DNA of 39,056 nucleotides from Jimgerdemannia flammicorona (Eukaryota): NCBI GenBank assembly GCA_003990765.1, contig RBNJ01000153.1, positions 1 to 39,056 of the forward strand, read 5' to 3'. Shown piece by piece: positions 35,865 to 39,056 of this stretch (position 1 is its first letter; each line of letters starts with the position of its first letter). The notes under the pieces were generated by a model. It saw only the letters and a program-made list of their open reading frames with translations, ran no database searches and was not told where the DNA came from. The position numbers and the translations under genes were made by a program.

Positions 35865-36165
35865 TATGGCAAAGGAAGAGCCAATAGAGAGAGGAGTAGA
35901 GAGAAAGAGATTAGTAGAGAGGTTGGTAAAAAGAAGAGAGAGATTAGTATAGATATGGTAGAAAGAAAGATAGAGAGATTGGTATAGAGAAAGATATAGA
36001 GGTTATTGTAGAAAAAGATAGAGAAGTTTATATAAAAGATAAAGAGATTACTATAGAGAAAGTGAGAGTAATATAGAGAAAGATGAAAAGACCAGCATAG
36101 AGAATAATGAGAATATCAGTTTAGAGAAAAATATTAATTTAGAATATAAGAAGAAAGAGAATCAG
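35865..36165. repeat. GA-rich low-complexity tract with degenerate AGAGATT(A/G)GTA(T)AGA units
   Basis: Purine-skewed, repeated short units. Confidence 0.6.
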
Positions 36166-36284
36166 TTGGTTTATATTTATATAGTAATAAAAATTAAGAT
36201 CTGTTCACACTAGTAATGTCTTCTAATTTTAATTTAATTATTAATTTTAACCATATTTTTATTTATTATTATCAATATAGATAT

Positions 36285-38697
36285 TGTAATGTGCCGGCTC
36301 AATGAAGGCAAATTATAAGGTTGGGAGTTGATGTAGTTTGGCTTGAGCCCCCAGTTACTTTGTCAAAAAGCAACAAAATGTTCTATGATTCCTGAGGTCC
36401 TTAGTGTTTAGCGGTATAATAGTCAAAGCTGGATATCTGCGAGCGGTTTGTGTGTCGATTTCCTAATTGGGATGGTTCTCTGAGTGTAGCAGCGTTTTGG
36501 GTGTGTGTGTGAATGGGTTTCCTTCTTGGGTCAACTGGGAATGGCAGAATTTGTGTAGCGAGGTAATTTCCAAAAGGATGTGATTTCTGGGTGACGGTCT
36601 TGTGTAGCGCGACAATCTCTGTGCATGACGGTCTGGTAATTTAGCGGTTCTCCTTATGCGGTTCCTGCATGATGATCTCTGTGTAGCGCGACGATCTCCA
36701 AAAGTATGCAGTTTCTGGCGGATGACTCAATTTGGCTCTCTGGGAATTGCATGGTGCGGATTCTTCCTAAAATGGCAGGGTTCTCAGGGAATGCAGATAA
36801 CTTGGTGGCTTCAACTGGGAATTATCTCGGGTGGCGGATAACTCGATAACTTGGGCTCACTGGGAATGATGAATAACTTGGATGTTGCAGATTCTTCTAA
36901 ATCGGCAGCTTTAACTGGGAATATGGCAGATAACTTAGAAACGGCGGGTGACGCAGATTCTTCCTGAATCAGCGGGCTTCTACTGGGAATATGAACAACT
37001 GGCAGCGTTCTTGGAAAGGGTCTCTTGGCAAAGTTCCATTAAGGACTGGCTTCATTTGCACAACAGATCACTGCGAAGTTGCATCAGAAACTGGCTTGAG
37101 CAAGGCGGCTTTCTTGGGAAGGCAGAGGATAGGGGTCTTCAGGCTTATCTGGCAAGCATACCAATAGCACAGCTTATTCCTTTAAGTGGCGAGTTCTTCG
37201 AAAGGCGGTGAAGTTCTCCTTGAACTTAGGTGGCAAATCTTCAGGCTTATCTGGCAAGCAAACCAAAAATGTAACAAACTCTTCTTTGTATCAGAAAGTG
37301 GACCAGAGTGGGAATAAGGGGACCAATTGCTTAATCTTTAGAGGCTTCTTTGGTTTGCACTTCAATTCGGACTGAGGTTTTATTCACTCGTGCCTCTGGG
37401 GTAATTTATACAAGTTGGTTGCTATCTGGTTACTATGTGGCTAACTATAGATTTGCTATCTTCGGTAATGTTTGGGTGTGTCCTCTGGGTACAGGTGTGT
37501 CCACAGGACATGAGTGTGTCCGCAGGACATGAGTGTGTCCACAGGACATGAGTGTGTCTACCAGACATGAGTGTGTCCTCAGGACATAGGTAAACAATCT
37601 TGATCTGGTGTCTTGGCTAATTATAAGTATGGTGGGCATGAGTAACTATAATATACTGGAAGTCACATCATGCTGGGTAAGTATGCTAATTGTTCGCGTC
37701 ATCTGGCTAAGTTATAATTCAGGTGGTACATTTTTGGTCTTATTACATCAGCCCCCACTGAAGGGTAGTCTGTCCCAGACTATTCTTCAGTCATCATCCC
37801 AATAGGCATAAGCAGCTTCTGCATCTATACCTGTTCCATCATCATCATCTGAGCTGCGGTCACTCCATTCCAGGGGCTCTTCTTCTTCTTCTGGAAATAG
37901 GGTCTCCACTTGGTGAATAATGCTGAGGTAGGTGGGCAGTGTCATCCTTTAGAGGTCATTCAGGGAAAACTGGGCCTGGATTAAAGCAGAAGGATTTCGT
38001 TTGTATATTGTATATAGTCTGTCTGCAGCAGTAGTATTCCTTCTGTTCAGGCCAGTGGTGTTTCAGACCTAGGCTAGGTCTGGAAGAGGAAGATTCTGAA
38101 ATTGTTCTCCAATTGCATAATATGTCTACAGCTGGTGGACCTGGAGAAGCCTTTCGGCCAGGGTGAGGTTCTCTTGATGAACTCGGATTTTCTGAAGATA
38201 TGTTCCATTGGGTTCCCGGAACTGAGGCAGGGGAACTTATAGGGCTTGGAGGGAACTGAGGACAAGAGTTTGGAGGCAGTTGTCAATTCTCTGGTTCATG
38301 GTGTGAGAAGAAGTATATCTTGAGGCAATTGATGTGTACTAGTGTTCTCAGGGTTTGTCCATCCATGCTTCTTAAATAGATGCTGGTTTCTCTGATGTTG
38401 TGTACAAGATAAGGTCCTTCCCATTTTGGTTCCAGTTTGGCAGCAAAGTTTGTCTCAATCATGCTTCGCCAAACTAGGACTTGATCTCCAATCTTGATCT
38501 CCTGATCCTTCTGTTTTTGGTTATAATACTTCTTTTGTCTTTCCTGGGCTTTGATAATCTGTCCTTGGGCTTGATTTCGTAACTGTTCTGCCTTCTTGAG
38601 GAGGTCTCCGAGATTCTCATGGTCAGTAGTTCTGGTTTTCTTGGCAAACATCATTTCAAATGGTTTTTGTTTGATGGATGTGGCAGGGGTATTCCGA
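36285..38697 (-). mobile_element. Younger gypsy copy: 3' LTR 36285-37747 plus 3' end of integrase
   Basis: TGTAAT..ATTACA LTR retaining CpGs, PPT at 37748-37760, open integrase C-terminus (IGDQVLV..KLEPKWEGPY) 38283-38697; homology stops abruptly at ~38697. Confidence 0.92.
37488..37590. repeat. 19-bp minisatellite (CAGGACATGAGTGTGTCCA-like) in the LTR
   Basis: About 5 tandem units without spacers. Confidence 0.85.
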
Positions 38698-39056
38698 CAA
38701 AACAGACTACATCTTTCTCCACTACAATTCACGTTACACACACTTTTCAACACACTTTCGAAGCATTTATTGGAGAAAGATACTAAGACAATGTCAACCA
38801 GCAAGCAAGCCAATGCATGTACTAGGTCGGGTGGACCTGGGCCTTCAACTGGCAGACTGTCAGGAGAGGGTATGGATTGGGGATGGGGTCTTTCGGTGGC
38901 TCGAGTGGGCAGGGCAGCTTGGGTAGGGGAGGTGGCACGGGTGGGGGGGCTGGAGGGAAGCAGGGGAGGAGCTTTGCGGACACGCTGAGGGGTGGGGGCT
39001 GGCCGTTGGGCACTCATGGTGGACTGGCGGGAGGGAAGGGGAAGCAGAAGGATGGA
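38698..39056. other. Unrelated sequence interrupting the integrase; G-rich, Pro-rich when read on the minus strand; probably the end of another nested element
   Basis: Abrupt loss of homology with the other gypsy copies; composition shift; runs off the window. Confidence 0.45.

Noticed and set aside
37488..37590. CRISPR-like array (also 14105-14232, 18847-19035)
   Set aside because: Tandem units without unique spacers, inside retroelements, no cas genes, eukaryotic context.
38283..39017. 244-aa ORF as a real gene
   Set aside because: It is a chance fusion across the ~38697 junction: unrelated Pro-rich sequence joined in frame to the integrase C-terminus.

Overview
Repeat-dense eukaryotic DNA, very probably fungal (short GT-AG introns with CTAAC branch sites; an early-diverging, Mucoromycota-like lineage is inferred but not shown). 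Most of it is decayed, nested retroelements with C->T/G->A erosion. (1) A 3.7 kb LTR element (423-4117, minus; gag-protease-dUTPase only, 4-bp TSD) sits at a splice donor of a multi-exon pseudogene. (2) Several copies of a dUTPase-carrying Ty3/gypsy family with ~1.5 kb LTRs: minus copy 11609-25510, plus copy ~25512-34791, solo LTR 12309-14403, younger minus copy 36285-38697. (3) A Ngaro-type tyrosine-recombinase retrotransposon with split direct repeats (11958-20033) is nested in a gypsy LTR. (4) LINE-type poly(A)/TSD insertions. Two CpG-retaining pieces stand out. The first is an island at ~8150-9620 with a well-formed type III hammerhead ribozyme (8661-8716) directly behind an ATAAGT 5' splice-site-like motif and a TACTAAC branch point, resembling fungal telomerase-RNA-style spliceosomal 3'-end cleavage. 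The second is a processed retrocopy (17421-17855) of an 85-codon mRNA resembling the Pseudomonas insecticidal protein IPD072Aa. No intact long host CDS is visible; most ORF-track entries are TE fragments or antisense shadows.
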